From Dehalococcoidia bacterium (lineage in GTDB: Bacteria; Chloroflexota; Dehalococcoidia; WHTO01), in the NCBI GenBank assembly GCA_009377665.1, contig WHTO01000001.1, forward strand, positions 1 to 60,454: a DNA stretch of 60,454 nucleotides, read 5' to 3'. The translations under genes were made by a program, and so were the position numbers. The first letter of the stretch is position 1, and each line of letters opens with the position of its first letter. Positions 22,502-32,171 of this stretch are shown here, piece after piece. The notes beneath the pieces are model-generated. The model was not told the DNA's origin, did not search any database, and saw only the letters and a list, made by a program, of their open reading frames with translations.

Positions 22502-22577
22502 TGGTGGAGCTGAGGGGACTCGAACCCCTGACCCCCTGCATGCCATGCAGGTGCTCTCCCAGCTGAGCTACAGCCCC
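22502..22577 (-). tRNA. tRNA-Ala (anticodon GGC)
   Basis: The 76-nt cloverleaf was folded by hand: GGGGCUG/UA/GCUC-AGCUGGGA-GAGC/A/CCUGC-AUGGCAU-GCAGG/GGGUC/AGGGG-UUCGAGU-CCCCU/CAGCUCC/A/CCA. The G3:U70 alanine identity pair is present and CCA is encoded. Confidence 0.95.
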
Positions 22578-22752
22578 ACGCGACGGCCAAGCGATCCTAG
22601 CAGCCTCGCCTTATCCGGCGTAGGAGGCGGGGTGGGGGGTGCGGACGGGTCTATCGGGTCCCACATGGTTGGTTACCAAAATAGCACGGCCTTGAGTACC
22701 AGGATCGCACGGCTCCCGCTACCTCGTCGCTGATGAAGCTGACGGTTGGGCC

Positions 22753-23190
22753 CTACCCGGCGTAGGACTCCGGCGTGAAGCGGACCACCACCCGACCCTG
22801 GCTGCGCACGATCTCCTCCACCTCGGGGCGCTGCTCCTCGCCCGGTTTCTGGCCGTACATGACCCCCATGATCGACATCCAGAGGTCGGTCGCCGCCTCG
22901 ACACTCTCCTCGACCACGGCGCGGCCGTAGATCGTGAGGTAGATGAAGGGGAACTCCTCCGACATCACGCAGACCGAAACGCGTGGATTGGCCTTGATCG
23001 AGCGGTATTTCTGGCGGGTGTTGGTCGTCGACATCAGAAGGTCATCTCCGTCCAACACGTAGTAGACGGGCGTCAGCGCCGGGGAACCCGAACGCCGTTC
23101 CAGGCCAACAATGGCCAGGCGGTTGCTTTCGAGAAACTCCCGTCGCTCTTCGGGCGTCGCGCTGCGCCCACGGCGTCGCTCAGTCGCCAT
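22753..23190 (-). CDS. pyridoxamine 5'-phosphate oxidase-fold (PPOX-class, probably F420/FMN-dependent) protein
   Basis: 145 aa: FLESNRLAIVGLERRSGSPALTPVYYVLDGDDLLMSTTNTRQKYRSIKANPRVSVCV is typical of the split-barrel family. Confidence 0.7.
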   Translation of the reverse strand: MATERRRGRSATPEERREFLESNRLAIVGLERRSGSPALTPVYYVLDGDDLLMSTTNTRQKYRSIKANPRVSVCVMSEEFPFIYLTIYGRAVVEESVEAATDLWMSIMGVMYGQKPGEEQRPEVEEIVRSQGRVVVRFTPESYAG

Positions 23191-23329
23191 GCTTTCCCCT
23201 TCCCCGGCGGATCGCCTCGTCCCGCTTCCGCCTGTTTGCGACTTGACTGTGAGTCATAAGGTTATAGGAGACTCAGGGATCGGTCTCTGCTGTACGTCGC
23301 CCTTTGGGGAAGGGCTGGAGGAGGTCAGT

Positions 23330-24253
23330 ATGGCTCTCGTTGGCATCGAAGAGGTCACCTACGGCGTGGATGACCTGGATACTGTGGACAAGTTCTTCAG
23401 CGATTTCGGACTCGAAACCGTGGACCGCGCGCGCAGTGGCGCGACCTTCGGTACTCCCGAAAGCACGATGATTCACGTCAGGCCTGCGACGGATAGCGAC
23501 CTGCCGGGTGCTCTTGAACCCGGCTCCACGCTCCGTGAAGTCATCTGGGGCGTCGACAGCAAGGAATCGCTCGACGCGATCGAGGCGAACCTCTCCACGG
23601 ACCGAACGGTAACCAGGGACGCCAACAACGTACTGCACACCGTCGACGAGACCGGCTACGGCATCGGCTTCCGGGTTTCCACTCAGACCCCGGTTCACCT
23701 GGAGCCGCTGACCTTCAATACGATCGGCGCGACGGTCAGGCACAACGAGCGCTTCAAGCTCTACGAACGCGCCGCCCCTCAGCACATCGGGCACGTCGTG
23801 ATCTACGCGCCCAACTTCGACGAGGCGTTTGCCTTCTACACGCAACGGCTGGGGTTCATGGTGTCGGACACCCTCAGGGACCTTGACTCCGCCCAGGGGT
23901 TCGGGGCCTTCCTGCGTTGCTCGACCGACCACCACAACCTGTTCCTGATCCGCCACAACAGGACGGGCTTCAATCACCTTTCGTTTGGCGTCCACGGCAT
24001 CGATGAGATCATGGGCGGCTTCACCTTCCTTTCCAAGCAGGGATGGACCCCGGCCTGGGGACTGGGCCGCCACTTCATCGGTTCCAACATCTTCTACTAC
24101 TTCCGCAACCCGGCCGGCGGGTACGTCGAGTACTACGCGGATATGGACTGCATCCTCGACCCGGCCAGCTGGAAGCCCGGCGAGTTCCCGCACAACACCC
24201 CCGAAGCCCTCTTCGCCTGGGGCGGCGCGCCACCCAAGGAGTTCCTCGAATAG
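23330..24253 (+). CDS. two-domain VOC protein, extradiol ring-cleavage dioxygenase-like
   Basis: ATG at 23330 follows GGAGGAGG. The protein has tandem VOC modules (IEEVTYGVDDLD..., HIGHVVIYAPNFDEAFAFYTQRLGF...HHNLFLI...FNHLSFGV). Confidence 0.75.
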   Translation: MALVGIEEVTYGVDDLDTVDKFFSDFGLETVDRARSGATFGTPESTMIHVRPATDSDLPGALEPGSTLREVIWGVDSKESLDAIEANLSTDRTVTRDANNVLHTVDETGYGIGFRVSTQTPVHLEPLTFNTIGATVRHNERFKLYERAAPQHIGHVVIYAPNFDEAFAFYTQRLGFMVSDTLRDLDSAQGFGAFLRCSTDHHNLFLIRHNRTGFNHLSFGVHGIDEIMGGFTFLSKQGWTPAWGLGRHFIGSNIFYYFRNPAGGYVEYYADMDCILDPASWKPGEFPHNTPEALFAWGGAPPKEFLE

Positions 24254-24314
24254 CGCAACGGCCCGACCGGAGCGGGCTACAATGACGAGGTCAAACGTCG
24301 CCTATGAGCGGGGC

Positions 24315-24471
24315 CGACCCAGGACGCGGTGAGCTCGGCTCTGAGGGCACGAAGCGGCGAGCCGCCAGCAACCGCCCGGGCCGGCGACCGGATATCTCGC
24401 TCAACCGAGTTGGCTCGTTGACACGGGCAAACAGGGTGGTTCCGCGGATGTGACGGCATGCAAATGGCAGA
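24315..24471 (+). promoter_or_regulatory. structured leader upstream of mgtC; possible Mg2+ (M-box-like) riboswitch aptamer
   Basis: The leader has partial by-eye resemblance to M-box core strings: GGUGAGCUCGG versus GGUGAGGCUCC, and GGGCAAACAGGGUGG versus GGGUCAACAG..AAGGUG. It sits immediately upstream of an intrinsic terminator and an MgtC-family gene. No covariance model was run. Confidence 0.3.
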
Positions 24472-25100
24472 GCCTTCGTCCCTGTAGGGCGGAGGCTTTT
24501 GTTTGGGGGGTCGGCCTGGACGTTTCTGTTGTAGATCAACTGGCCATAACCGGCCGTCTGTTGCTGGCGGGGTTGCTCGGCGCGCTCGTCGGCCTCGAGC
24601 GTGACCTGCGGGACTACCCCGCCGGGCTCCGGACGATGGCCCTGGTCGCCCTCGGCGCGGCCCTGTTCATGGAGGTATCACGCATCACGGGTAGCCAGGA
24701 TCGCATTGCCGCCCAGGTCGTGACCGGCATCGGGTTCCTCGGCGCCGGCGTCATCTTCCGCCAGGGCCTCGACGTCAAGGGCGTAACAACGGCCGCGACA
24801 ATCTGGGCGGTCGCCGCGATCGGCCTGGCCGTGGGGCGCGAGCTGTACGTGGTCGCTCCGCTGGCCACGCTCGCCCTGCTCGTTTCGCTGGAGCTCCGTG
24901 CCTTTACGAAGGGCCCACGCGGATTCGAAAAGGCGATTCGCACCTGGCTGGAGAAGGTCGCCCCGCCGCTGGACGAGGACATCCAGGTAGAGCTGTCCGA
25001 GCAGGACCGGGCGCGTGAGAGGCTCGAACGAAAGGGCAAGGACGAAAGTTCGCCCGACGACGTGAACTACAAGCCACCCTGGAACCAGGAGAACAACTGA
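24450..25100 (+). CDS. mgtC: MgtC/SapB-family membrane protein (start uncertain)
   Basis: It contains LLLAGLLGALVGLERDLRDYPAGLRTMALVALGAALFM...GIGFLGAGVIF. The GTG at 24450 would place the terminator hairpin inside the coding region. The true start is probably a non-ATG codon between about 24510 and 24561. Confidence 0.75.
   Translation: MTACKWQSLRPCRAEAFVWGVGLDVSVVDQLAITGRLLLAGLLGALVGLERDLRDYPAGLRTMALVALGAALFMEVSRITGSQDRIAAQVVTGIGFLGAGVIFRQGLDVKGVTTAATIWAVAAIGLAVGRELYVVAPLATLALLVSLELRAFTKGPRGFEKAIRTWLEKVAPPLDEDIQVELSEQDRARERLERKGKDESSPDDVNYKPPWNQENN
24472..24504 (+). terminator. intrinsic terminator/attenuator in the mgtC leader
   Basis: GCCTTCG(T)CCC-tgta-GGGCGGAGGC forms a 10-bp stem with one bulged T, followed by TTTTGTTT. 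No plus-strand gene ends upstream of it. Confidence 0.55.
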
Positions 25101-25103
25101 CAG

Positions 25104-27569
25104 ATGGCCGACCGCTACGATCCCCTGTCTATCGAGAGCAAGTGGCAACAACGCTGGCAGGAGGGTGATCTCTACGGGACGACCGACGACGACCCACGGG
25201 AGAAGCACTACGCGCTGACGATGCTTCCGTACACCTCCGGTGACCTTCACATCGGCCACTGGTACGCCATGGCGCCGTCCGACGTCGTCGCCCGCTGGAA
25301 GAGGATGCAGGGATTCAACGTCCTCTTCCCGATGGGCTTTGACGCCTTCGGGCTGCCCGCCGAGAACGCCGCCATCCAGAAGGGTATCCATCCGCGGGAG
25401 TGGACCTACGCGAACGTTGAGCGAATGCGGGGACAACTGCAGCGCATGGGAGCGATGTTCGATTGGTCGCGCGAGGTCGTAACCTGCGACCCCGAGTACT
25501 ACCGCTGGAATCAGTGGTTCTTCCTGCGCATGCTCGAGAACGACCTGGCCTACCGTGCTACGGCGCCCGCCAACTGGTGCCCCAACGACCAGACCGTCCT
25601 TGCCAACGAGCAGGTGGTCGACGGCCGCTGCGAGCGTTGCGGGGCAGAGGTAATCAAGCGCGACCTTGAGCAGTGGTTCTTCAGGACGACCCGCTACGCC
25701 GACGAGCTGCTGGACCACTCCGGCATCGATTGGCCCCAGCCCGTCATCACGATGCAAAGGAACTGGATCGGCCGCAGCGAAGGCGTCGAGGCCTCGTTCG
25801 CGATTTCCGAGGGGGAAAGCCCAACACTCGAGAGCGGCGAGATCAGGTGCTTCACAACGCGCATCGACACCATCTATGGCGCGACCTTCATGGTGCTCGC
25901 GCCTGAGCATCCGCTGGTGTCTACGCTGACGGCGCCGGAGAGGCGCGACGAGGTGGAAGCCTACGTCGAGCAGTCCCGCAAGCAGACCGAGATCGAGCGC
26001 CTGTCGACCGAACGCGAAAAGACCGGCGTGTTCATCGGTTCGCACTGCCTCAACCGCCTCAGCGGTGAGTCGATCCCGATCTACGTCGGCGACTACGTCC
26101 TCGCGTCATACGGCACGGGGGCTGTGATGGGTGTACCGGCTCATGACGAGCGCGACTTCGTCTTCGCACGGAAGTACGGATTGCCGATCCGCGTCGTGAT
26201 CGCACCCGAGGGATGGGATGAACTGCCACCCCAGGAGGCCCACACAGGCGCCGGTACCATGGTCAACTCCGGACGCTTCGACGGACTCTCGAGCACCGAA
26301 GGCTGGCGGGCGATCGCCGACGAGATCGAGGAACGAAGCTGGGGCAAGCGCACCGTGACCTATCGACTACGCGACTGGCTGATCTCCCGACAGCGCTACT
26401 GGGGAACGCCGATCCCCATCATCTACTGCAAGGATCACGGGCCGGTGCCGGTCCCCGACGCGGACCTCCCCGTCGTCCTGCCCGACGACGCCGAGTTCAA
26501 GCCGACGGGGGAGTCGCCGTTGGCGCGTCACGAGGGCTTCGTGAACGTCCTTTGCCCCCGTTGCGGCAAGGCGTCGCGGCGCGAGACAGACACCATGGAC
26601 ACGTTCATGGACTCCAACTGGTACTTCATGCGTTACATCGATCCGCACAACGCCGAGCAGCCCTTCAGCAGCGCGCTGGCGCGTCAGTGGTTGCCCGTGG
26701 ACCAGTACACCGGAGGGGCCGAGCACGCCGTGATGCACCTGCTCTACGCCCGCTTCTTTGCCCGCGTCGTCCGCGATCTGGGCCTCGTCGAGTTCGACGA
26801 GCCATTCAAGCACCTGTTCAACCAGGGCCAGATCCTCGGGCCCGACGGCCAGCGCATGAGCAAGTCGCGCGGCAATGTCGTCGCCCCGGACGACCAGGTC
26901 GACAAATGGGGAGCGGACTGCTTCCGCGCCTACCTGATGTTCCTGGGGCCGTGGGACGCCGGTGGGCCCTTCGACATCTCCGGTATCACGGGCATCTGGC
27001 GCTGGATCAACCGGCTCTGGACCGTGGTCCTCGATGAACCACGGTACGGCGAGATGCCAGGAGAGGACCGCAAGACGCTCCGCCACGAGACGCACCAGAC
27101 GATCAAGGAGGTTACGGACGACCTCGCCGGCTTCCGGTTCAACACGATGCTGGCGCGGCTGATGGAGTTCACTACCTACCTCACGCGCGTCAAGGAGTCG
27201 GGGGGGGCGGTGGATCGAGAATCCTGGTCCCAGGCGCGTACCGCTGCGGTGCTCCTGATCGCGCCTGCCCTGCCGCACCTGGCCGAGGAGTTGTGGGAAC
27301 GCATCGGCGGGACCTACAGCGTCCACCAGCAGTCCTGGCCGACCTACGACGCCGCCCTGGCGGCCAGCGACAGGGTGACGCTGGTCGTGCAGGTCAACGG
27401 CAAGGTCCGTGACAGGCTCGAGGTTTCAGCCGATGTCTCGGAGGACGAAGCCCGCGCCCTGGCCCTGGCGAGCGACGGCGTTAAGCAACAGCTGAACGGT
27501 ACCGAGGTTCAGAGGGTAATCTATGTTCCGGGCCGGCTCGTAAACATAGTGACGAAGCGATCCGTCTAG
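25104..27569 (+). CDS. leuS: leucine--tRNA ligase
   Basis: 821 aa. It has the HIGH-type motif ([13 protein letters not shown]) and KMSKS (RMSKSRGN), with typical LeuRS blocks throughout. Confidence 0.97.
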   Translation: MADRYDPLSIESKWQQRWQEGDLYGTTDDDPREKHYALTMLPYTSGDLHIGHWYAMAPSDVVARWKRMQGFNVLFPMGFDAFGLPAENAAIQKGIHPREWTYANVERMRGQLQRMGAMFDWSREVVTCDPEYYRWNQWFFLRMLENDLAYRATAPANWCPNDQTVLANEQVVDGRCERCGAEVIKRDLEQWFFRTTRYADELLDHSGIDWPQPVITMQRNWIGRSEGVEASFAISEGESPTLESGEIRCFTTRIDTIYGATFMVLAPEHPLVSTLTAPERRDEVEAYVEQSRKQTEIERLSTEREKTGVFIGSHCLNRLSGESIPIYVGDYVLASYGTGAVMGVPAHDERDFVFARKYGLPIRVVIAPEGWDELPPQEAHTGAGTMVNSGRFDGLSSTEGWRAIADEIEERSWGKRTVTYRLRDWLISRQRYWGTPIPIIYCKDHGPVPVPDADLPVVLPDDAEFKPTGESPLARHEGFVNVLCPRCGKASRRETDTMDTFMDSNWYFMRYIDPHNAEQPFSSALARQWLPVDQYTGGAEHAVMHLLYARFFARVVRDLGLVEFDEPFKHLFNQGQILGPDGQRMSKSRGNVVAPDDQVDKWGADCFRAYLMFLGPWDAGGPFDISGITGIWRWINRLWTVVLDEPRYGEMPGEDRKTLRHETHQTIKEVTDDLAGFRFNTMLARLMEFTTYLTRVKESGGAVDRESWSQARTAAVLLIAPALPHLAEELWERIGGTYSVHQQSWPTYDAALAASDRVTLVVQVNGKVRDRLEVSADVSEDEARALALASDGVKQQLNGTEVQRVIYVPGRLVNIVTKRSV

Positions 27570-27690
27570 TGGTAGGTTGCACGCGCTCTTAGACTGGCTG
27601 AAACAGGCGGATACATCCGCCGGAATTGAATCAACCATACGTAACCGTTTGAGGACCCCGCAGCCTCAGGCGCAGCCGCAGCGTGACATC

Positions 27691-29613
27691 GTGTCTCGAA
27701 GCGCCGTGCGCGCCGCGTTGATCACCCTCGTCCTCGCCACCCTGGTCTTCTGGGCGGGGGGGCCTGCGCTGGCCGGCGAACCAGAACCCACGGCCACGCC
27801 GGCCGGCGAAACCCCGGAAGAGGCTCCGCAGGAGGAGCCCGGCGACGGCGGGCAGCCCATCGAGGGTGAGAGCACCCAGCCACTCGATGTCCGGACGCTC
27901 ATCGACTACCGCGTGCAGCCCGAGGACCGGTCCATCCGCGTCGTGCTTGACGCACTGGCCACAAACCAGAACCCGGAATCGATCCGGCGGGAGTTCGGGT
28001 CGGTCTTCTATTACGCCGGATACGACCTGTTCATCCCGGTCGCCGCTACGGAGCCCGTGGCTCTGAGCCAGGCCGGGAACGCCCTGCGCGTCGAGCGCAT
28101 TGGCTACAACGAAGGCTTTGACCAGGTGACGGTCTTCTTCGACGCTCGCTTCTTCGTCGGTGAGACTTATCAGTTCACCCTCGAGTACGACCTACCCGCG
28201 AGTCGCGAGTCGGACCTCTTCATCTCCGAGAACTACTTCTACTTCCCGGCCGTCGCCGACGGAACGTCCTCCGTGGTGCGGGTAACGGTCCCACCCGAAG
28301 AGAGCTTCGCCGTCACCTCTGACAATCCAACCTGCCTGCCTCACGCGTCTGAGCAAGGGGTGCTCGAATGCATCGTCGAGGGCGACCCACTTGTCTTCGT
28401 GGCCTTCGTCGAGGTCATGCGCGAGGACGCGCTGGTCAGCACCCAACGCTCGGTCCAGCTCGAGGGGAAGGCAGTCAACCTGGTCGTGGAGTACTTCCTG
28501 GGCGAGGAGCAGTGGGCCGAAAGCATCGCGGACCTGGTCGAGGGCGCACTGCCCGTCCTGGAACGTGTGAATGGCCATCCCTACGCCGGACCCGACGCCG
28601 TCACGATCCGGGAGACTGCCCGCTCTGAAACGGGCGGATACGCCGGGCACGCGCAGAGGAATTGTGAAGAGGGCAACTGCCTGATTGAGCTGCTTCCGGT
28701 GAGCAGCGATTTCGTTGCTCTCCATGAAGCCTCGCACCTGTGGTCGAACATCTTCGGCGAGCGCTGGTTGTACGAGGGCATGGCCGACTGGACCGCGGTA
28801 AAGGCCGCCCAGGAGATCGGTCTCGATGCGGCACCCCCTAACGCCACGCTCGAAGACCTTCCGCCGATGGACCTTCAGTTGATCAACTGGACCGAGCTGG
28901 ATTGTCCTCCTTTGCGCTGCCCCGAGAACCGCGACCTGGACCTCTATGGCTATGCAAAATCGCTTGCCTTCATCAACCTGCTGGAAGCCACCGTTGGCGA
29001 GGATGTCCTCAGGCAGGTCAACGCCAGCCTGGCCGAGGGTGATAGCCCCGCCGACGCCCGTACCTACCTCAACGCGATCGAGGACGTTTCCGGACAGAAC
29101 GTGAGCGCGGAGTTCCTCGAGTGGGTATTCACACCCGAGGACGCCCCCCTCCTCGAACTGCGCCTGCAGGCCAGAGAGCAGTATCAGCAGCTAAGCGCAG
29201 AGGCCGACGCCGCGGGCCTCGTGGTGCCACCCCTGATCGCCCAGCAGATCGAGGACTGGGACTTCCAGTCGGCGCTGGACCTGATGCCCGTGGCGGCGGA
29301 GGTGCTTCCCCTTTTCGTAGCCGCCGAGACTCTGGCGAGCGACGAACGCAGCACCTGGGAGCGCATAGGAACGCTGAATTCGGATCCCGACGAAAACGTC
29401 GAAAATGCCCGCATTGCCTTCGATGAGGGTCGCTTTGAGGACGCCAGGACCGAGGCGGAGCAAGCGATCGAGGCACTCGAAGGCGCTGAAAGCACCGGCA
29501 AGCGGCGCGCCCTTATTGGCGGCATCGCCGCGGGCGTGCTGGTGGTGTCAATCGGGGTCTTCCTGTGGTTCGCCGGCCGCCACAACATTCGCCGCAGTCC
29601 CTATCGCGTTTAG
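27691..29613 (+). CDS. secreted, C-terminally membrane-anchored peptidase-MA-like zinc metalloprotease
   Basis: The motif HEASHLWSNIFGERWLYEGMADW is HExxH followed by a downstream Glu (gluzincin-like). It has an N-terminal signal-like segment (RAALITLVLATLVFWAGGPALAGE) and a C-terminal TM helix. The start could be GTG at 27691 or TTG at 27577. Confidence 0.6.
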   Translation: MSRSAVRAALITLVLATLVFWAGGPALAGEPEPTATPAGETPEEAPQEEPGDGGQPIEGESTQPLDVRTLIDYRVQPEDRSIRVVLDALATNQNPESIRREFGSVFYYAGYDLFIPVAATEPVALSQAGNALRVERIGYNEGFDQVTVFFDARFFVGETYQFTLEYDLPASRESDLFISENYFYFPAVADGTSSVVRVTVPPEESFAVTSDNPTCLPHASEQGVLECIVEGDPLVFVAFVEVMREDALVSTQRSVQLEGKAVNLVVEYFLGEEQWAESIADLVEGALPVLERVNGHPYAGPDAVTIRETARSETGGYAGHAQRNCEEGNCLIELLPVSSDFVALHEASHLWSNIFGERWLYEGMADWTAVKAAQEIGLDAAPPNATLEDLPPMDLQLINWTELDCPPLRCPENRDLDLYGYAKSLAFINLLEATVGEDVLRQVNASLAEGDSPADARTYLNAIEDVSGQNVSAEFLEWVFTPEDAPLLELRLQAREQYQQLSAEADAAGLVVPPLIAQQIEDWDFQSALDLMPVAAEVLPLFVAAETLASDERSTWERIGTLNSDPDENVENARIAFDEGRFEDARTEAEQAIEALEGAESTGKRRALIGGIAAGVLVVSIGVFLWFAGRHNIRRSPYRV

Positions 29614-29679
29614 CCCTGGGCTCGCCAGGATCACGGATCCTTGAGCGTTGTGCGGCGCCCGCTTATCGCGTGGGCGGTG

Positions 29680-30159
29680 TCAGGACTGCTTTTCTTCTAG
29701 CTGGTCGATGGAGCCGCGTACGTTGTCGACATAGCTTCCAAGCTGCTGTTCGAGCTTACGCATGAGCTCGATGGCGTACTTATCCGCCTCCTCGAGCTGG
29801 TAGGAGGCGCTGCGAGCGGCCTCGGCGACGCGGCGGGTGGCTTCGTCTTCGGCTTCCTGCCGCCGCCGTTCTGCTTCCTCGTCGGCCCGTCGCAGGATCT
29901 CCTGGGCGCGGGCTTCGGCGTCCTTCACCTCGGGACCGCTGGCTAGCATGGCTTCAGAGCGCTGGCGAGCGTCGGCGAGTATACGGTTGGCCTCTTCCTG
30001 CGCCTCGATAAGTGTGCCGTCACGGTGTTCGACGACCTCGCTCGCCTGGAAGACCTGGTCGGGGACGGCAACGCGCATCTGGTCGATCAGGTCGTAAGCA
30101 CGCGCCTTGTCGAGCATCACACTGCTGCTGAGCGGCGCTTTCTTGGCTTCAGCCACCAT
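29680..30159 (-). CDS. hypothetical coiled-coil protein
   Basis: 159 aa, rich in charged heptad-like sequence (EEANRILADARQRSEAML...EEAERRRQEAEDEATRR). It lies downstream of coaD. Confidence 0.5.
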   Translation of the reverse strand: MVAEAKKAPLSSSVMLDKARAYDLIDQMRVAVPDQVFQASEVVEHRDGTLIEAQEEANRILADARQRSEAMLASGPEVKDAEARAQEILRRADEEAERRRQEAEDEATRRVAEAARSASYQLEEADKYAIELMRKLEQQLGSYVDNVRGSIDQLEEKQS

Positions 30160-30191
30160 CTCTTCGAGGCGGTCGATTAAGTGCAGCAGGT

Positions 30192-30710
30192 CTATGGCTG
30201 GTCCTCCGTCGGTGGACTGAACTTTTCGTCGAGGGCCTGGAGGACGTGGTCCGGGACGAGGCCCCTGACATCATAACCCAAACTGGATACCTCCCTGATA
30301 CGGGTGCCACTCAGGAAGAGATGATCGAGCGAGGCCATCAGGTAGACGGACTCTATCTGCGGAGCCATCTTCTTGTTCATGAGGGCCATGTCGAACTCGG
30401 TTTCGAAGCCCGTTACCGCCCGAATACCCCTGACGAGGACGCTCGCCTCCTGCTTTCGGGCAAAGTCCACCACCAGCCCCGCGAAGGGCAAGACCCTGAT
30501 CTTGCTCTCGGCCTTTACGGCCCGGGCGAAGAAGTCGACGCGCTCGACGGTGCTGAAGAGCGTCCGGTCCGAAGGCAGGTCGTAGATCGCGATGATCAGT
30601 TCGTCGAACAGAGCAGCCGCTCTCATGGCAATGTCCAGGTGCCCCTTGGTGACGGGGTCGAACCGGCCCGGGTAGAGGGCGACAACCACTTTTCTAACCT
30701 CCCCGTCCAT
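30192..30710 (-). CDS. coaD: phosphopantetheine adenylyltransferase
   Basis: It contains VVVALYPGRFDPVTKGHLDI and the typical CoaD length and motifs. Confidence 0.93.
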   Translation of the reverse strand: MDGEVRKVVVALYPGRFDPVTKGHLDIAMRAAALFDELIIAIYDLPSDRTLFSTVERVDFFARAVKAESKIRVLPFAGLVVDFARKQEASVLVRGIRAVTGFETEFDMALMNKKMAPQIESVYLMASLDHLFLSGTRIREVSSLGYDVRGLVPDHVLQALDEKFSPPTEDQP

Positions 30711-31230
30711 AAAAGGTTATCGCGCTGTCCCCATAGCGCTTGAATCGCAGAGCGGGCCGGCCCGCAACGCGCTCTGGCGGCTGGCGGCGACCGGAATGCT
30801 CCACCACGATAACCGCCCCTGGATCAAGCAGCGACTCAAGGCCATTTACCGCGCCCAGGGCGCCATCGTCGGCGTAAGGAGGATCGGCGAAGACGAGGCT
30901 GTACGGACCTTCGAGCTGGGAGCCGGCGTTGATAGCGGGCGCACAGATCACGCGGCCCTCACGTTGAAAGCCGGCTCGCGCCAGGTTTTCCTTGATCACC
31001 CTGCACGCGATGCTGCGTTCCTCAACGAAATCGCAGGCGGAAAGGCCACGGCTCAGCCCCTCGATACCAAGCGCCCCGCTGCCGGCGTAGAGGTCAAGGC
31101 CACGCCCTTCGATAGGCCGCAGCGAACGGAGGACATTGAAAATCGCCTGGCGTACGCGGTCGGTTGTGGGGCGGGCTGCCGGCGGTACGTCGAGGGTTCG
31201 CCCGCGCGCGGCTCCTCCGCTAATCCGCAC
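30694..31230 (-). CDS. rsmD: 16S rRNA (guanine966-N2)-methyltransferase RsmD
   Basis: It contains MRISGGAARGRTLDVP...TRPTTDRVRQAIFN...DLYAGSGALGIE...FADPPY. The rsmD-coaD order is conserved. Confidence 0.9.
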   Translation of the reverse strand: MRISGGAARGRTLDVPPAARPTTDRVRQAIFNVLRSLRPIEGRGLDLYAGSGALGIEGLSRGLSACDFVEERSIACRVIKENLARAGFQREGRVICAPAINAGSQLEGPYSLVFADPPYADDGALGAVNGLESLLDPGAVIVVEHSGRRQPPERVAGRPALRFKRYGDSAITFYGRGG

Positions 31231-32153
31231 TACTCGGCAGCATCACCCTCCGGAGTAGGGGTGCCACCCACCTCTTCTTCATCATCGTCATCATCCGGGG
31301 CAGCAGCGGCCTCCACAACAGCCACCAGCTCGGCGCCCACTCTGATGTCGCCATCGCTGACGACCAGCGCGATGGTGTGCTCGCCGCCGGCCGGCACGGC
31401 CGTCCAGACGAAGGTCGGGTTCGTCTGGCCTTCGACCGGCGCGCCATCGACCCGCCACTCCAGGGCGAACGACGCGGCGTTGGGCCGCAGCAGCGTCGGC
31501 GCCCCACTTTCGGCGTATTCCTGCACAGGAACCCAGAGGCTTGCCGCGTTCGGATCCTCGGCGATGTTTTCGAGGGCAACCCCTCCCAGCTGGAACTGGC
31601 TCGCCAGGTCCAGTTTGAACGCGGCCGAAAAACGGTTCTCAATCCAGTACTGGACATTCTGTCCTTCCTGCTGAAACGAGAAGCTGACGGCCAGGGCGGC
31701 CTCGTCGAAGTCGATTCCCGAGGCGCCGCTCTGGGAGTCGACGTTGCGCCCTATGACCGTGACGTCGTCGCCCGGCGCCACGGTGGCGGTTCCCTCCACG
31801 ATCTGGGGATTGGCCGCGATGGCGAGAGCCTGCACCTGCGACGTTGCGCCGATCCCGGCATCACCGACGCGGAAGGTCGAGTTGGGACTCAGGATCAGGA
31901 TGATCTTCTGGGCCGGCACCTGCGCCACGGCGTAGCGCATCACCTCGCCCATCCGCGCACGGTAGACGGTCTGATCGCGCTCGGGCACCAGCTTAACGAA
32001 GTCAGCAACCTCACCGATGCTGCGCAGATCGTAGGCACCTGTATCGAGCTGCTCGCCGCTCCCCTGCGGCGTCGGCACGACAACGCTGAGCCGCACCTCC
32101 TCCGGGAGCGCCGCGTTCAGGTCGGTCAGGAAAGTAGTGAACGCTTCCCGCAA
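31230..32153 (-). CDS. C-terminal part of a GH18-like (chitinase-fold) envelope protein with an Ig-like domain and acidic tail
   Basis: It is in the same frame as 32172-33218 and is separated from it only by one TAA and six sense codons. It continues the GH18 beta/alpha barrel (REAFTTFLTDLNAALPEEVRLSVVVP...YDLRSIGEVADFVKL). Confidence 0.6.
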   Translation of the reverse strand: MREAFTTFLTDLNAALPEEVRLSVVVPTPQGSGEQLDTGAYDLRSIGEVADFVKLVPERDQTVYRARMGEVMRYAVAQVPAQKIILILSPNSTFRVGDAGIGATSQVQALAIAANPQIVEGTATVAPGDDVTVIGRNVDSQSGASGIDFDEAALAVSFSFQQEGQNVQYWIENRFSAAFKLDLASQFQLGGVALENIAEDPNAASLWVPVQEYAESGAPTLLRPNAASFALEWRVDGAPVEGQTNPTFVWTAVPAGGEHTIALVVSDGDIRVGAELVAVVEAAAAPDDDDDEEEVGGTPTPEGDAAE

Positions 32154-32171
32154 CGAGCTGTCGATTCTGGC

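Noticed and set aside
22472-22541. The N-terminal extension of the HEPN-protein ORF (MQGVRGSSPLSSTKPARNLCSTQ...).
   Set aside because: It is the translation of the tRNA-Ala gene body on the same strand, so the CDS must start downstream of 22502.
22600-22650. A short degenerate copy of the 3' end of the PPOX-class gene. It reads ...VRTPHPASYAG-stop, compared with ...VRFTPESYAG-stop at 22753. It shares the 11-mer CCGGCGTAGGA and lies between tRNA-Ala and that gene.
   Set aside because: It is only about 45 nt, degenerate, and on the 5' side of the tRNA rather than the usual integration side. The ~140 bp between the copies is too small to hold an element. It is most likely a relic of a small duplication or chance. 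It was noted only as a possible old recombination scar.
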